Assembly (NCBI GenBank): GCA_001643675.2
Contig: LSRY02000021.1
Span: forward strand, 186,001-250,000
Direction: 5' to 3'
Length of the DNA stretch: 64,000 bases
Source: Monocercomonoides exilis PA203
Lineage: Eukaryota > Protista > Preaxostyla
Part shown: positions 63,401-64,000 of the stretch, one piece after another
Numbering within the stretch: the first letter of the stretch is position 1
Layout: each line of letters starts with the position of its first letter
The notes under the pieces: generated by a model
Seen by the model: only the letters and a program-made list of their open reading frames with translations
Databases searched by the model: none
Told to the model about the DNA's origin: nothing
Made by a program: the position numbers and the translations under genes

Positions 63401-63969
63401 GACTTGCGTTCTCTCAGCCCCATTCGAAGGGGAAGCTCATTCTCTCCCTCTGCCACACTCGAATTGGAGGTGATGCTGTCGCTCCAATCTCCATTGGGGT
63501 GAAGAGGAGAATAAGAAGAGGATGATGAAGAGGAGGAAGAAGACGAAGAGGTGGTGTGAGATGAATGGAGATATGAAGACATTGAAGAAGTTGAAGATGA
63601 AGGTGAATTGACAGAAGCAGAAGAAGAAGAAGAAGTGGAAATGGATTGATCTGATGATGCCATGTTTGAATTCATTGAGCCATCAACAGAAGAAGAGGCA
63701 GAAGCAGAAGCAGCAGCAGAAGAAGGAGATGAATGCGATGGAGAAGAAAGCGGATTTCCAGTCAAAGCAGCCAAATGGCGGTTGGACTGAGTGTTCTGCT
63801 CGTGAAGTGCCCGCTGATGCCTCCGATGGCTGGAAAACGACTGAGGATGATGTGAAAGCGGATAAGTCTGCTGACTTCTGCCAAAGTTGTTGTGTTGGGA
63901 AGAAGCTGAAAGAGAAGCAAGAGATGAGATTGAGTGTCTCTGGGATGAGCTGCCCATCTGAGAGTGCAT
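60433..63969 (-). CDS. Two-repeat (R2R3-type) Myb transcription factor with low-complexity flanks; probably starts beyond the window
   Basis: WKDYEDVRLQQAVAKYGMSNWKKIAEYVGGNRTGDMCSQHWHRVL and WSAEEDAVLEQSVIRFGTSNWTRIAQGLVGRTDIQCRYRW. Confidence 0.92.
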   Translation of the reverse strand: MHSQMGSSSQRHSISSLASLSASSQHNNFGRSQQTYPLSHHPQSFSSHRRHQRALHEQNTQSNRHLAALTGNPLSSPSHSSPSSAAASASASSSVDGSMNSNMASSDQSISTSSSSSASVNSPSSSTSSMSSYLHSSHTTSSSSSSSSSSSSYSPLHPNGDWSDSITSNSSVAEGENELPLRMGLRERKSIHPQQLDDFIRDLDFESEMDEEESEGGMNGEDRRERREGREGRESSGDADWDEDKAHEQLRGEGSGGENGEGGEREREREREGRGRGGGRGRGRGRARSGRSSGRGRGRGKSKEGGNSHSLMESFEKEFDDDYNDSDGEYPPPAHRSHHRSLSSASMSSHSFGFAMDPHSAMSSSSSSSSASNSNSSNPNSQQYFPSSSSGGGPGSNPNSASASYSMSSSLSSSLQPSYSFSPSVLPAHQTRKVERRRPLKWKDYEDVRLQQAVAKYGMSNWKKIAEYVGGNRTGDMCSQHWHRVLAPSIKKAAWSAEEDAVLEQSVIRFGTSNWTRIAQGLVGRTDIQCRYRWGRLLRMHSRRVSPHQLLLESGGTPSQSAVMGLSLTLGQQPNQQQQQSQQMGGGMGMGLGMGMGMGGDMRFGGGMVMMSGLGGVNGMGALGSMNSMNSMNAMNSMSPVNGAGGMHGMGSMGNMGNMSSINSMAQLYGTGDGGLDSTFFASTPPISCDSFGFSYQQQMMDPSQGVLQDSPFLDLGGVDSPSSSLSSSSPSSSSSPSSSSSSSSSSVSSQQMSQLQSQQQSLRADLVSQSSALPQSPSCLSSPSAALSSQAMSTPSLLLRSLSGSQSPFSSPSFDFSNTSVTENSVISPSPSLAYPPRRVDPNMSASALLLSSASASNSSSSSSSSSAAPTPSISSSSPSFFLSSAPLRSASSMISSVLPFRNASHSPRNDSIVPGKSAKKTPPQQLRMPENTLLFQQSSQQLSNFISKNEDGTTQILQNEEGEEEMNETMQNFQRAEHGINFDVRQKEASSERQTRQRSMKSYQSQSQQNSQPNTDADEQQANYCFSEQKIPMVTEQTAQSGESVSYSPAMNTSFNQSLSSSISLQRKSSRPAHLSSAESFFPFSSSITQQPFPTFPSSSTSSKAEAMSLQSSSSFNSSPTQSSISASSSSLQIPVTSENSSSSPATLTQTQTVSSGIPLSPQLDSSHEPSTSSSS

Positions 63970-64000
63970 ATGATAGCTGTGTGTGTTTTGACTGTCTGGC

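Overview
Eukaryotic, AT-rich, intron-rich genomic DNA with short (about 40-80 nt) GT-AG introns and Ser/Glu/Lys low-complexity proteins. The style and lineage-specific gene families suggest an oxymonad such as Monocercomonoides (inference). Host genes: a YL1-C domain protein, LSm5, a CUE-Smr protein, a stand-alone myosin TH1 protein, a prominin-like membrane protein, an ARM-like/SPRY-like protein, a Pho80-type cyclin, a BCH plus degenerate RhoGAP protein, TPX2, a TALE-like homeodomain protein and a two-repeat Myb, plus pseudogenes. The most unusual content is mobile. (1) An intact 5-exon, 1213-aa gene (7375->3484) encodes a Sola-like DDD transposase with a catalytically complete USP (C19) deubiquitinase inserted in frame in its middle, followed by a GC-rich hairpin. 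(2) A TA-flanked 5.2-kb IS630/Tc1 DD34E element (54604-59794) has TIRs built from 21-bp tandem repeats and carries an intron-containing host gene fragment. (3) A nested MITE/foldback cluster (14664-18180) contains a roughly 1.15-kb near-perfect inverted repeat. There is also a 1.23-kb perfect (GCTGAT)n tract. All family assignments come from motif recognition by eye, not database searches.
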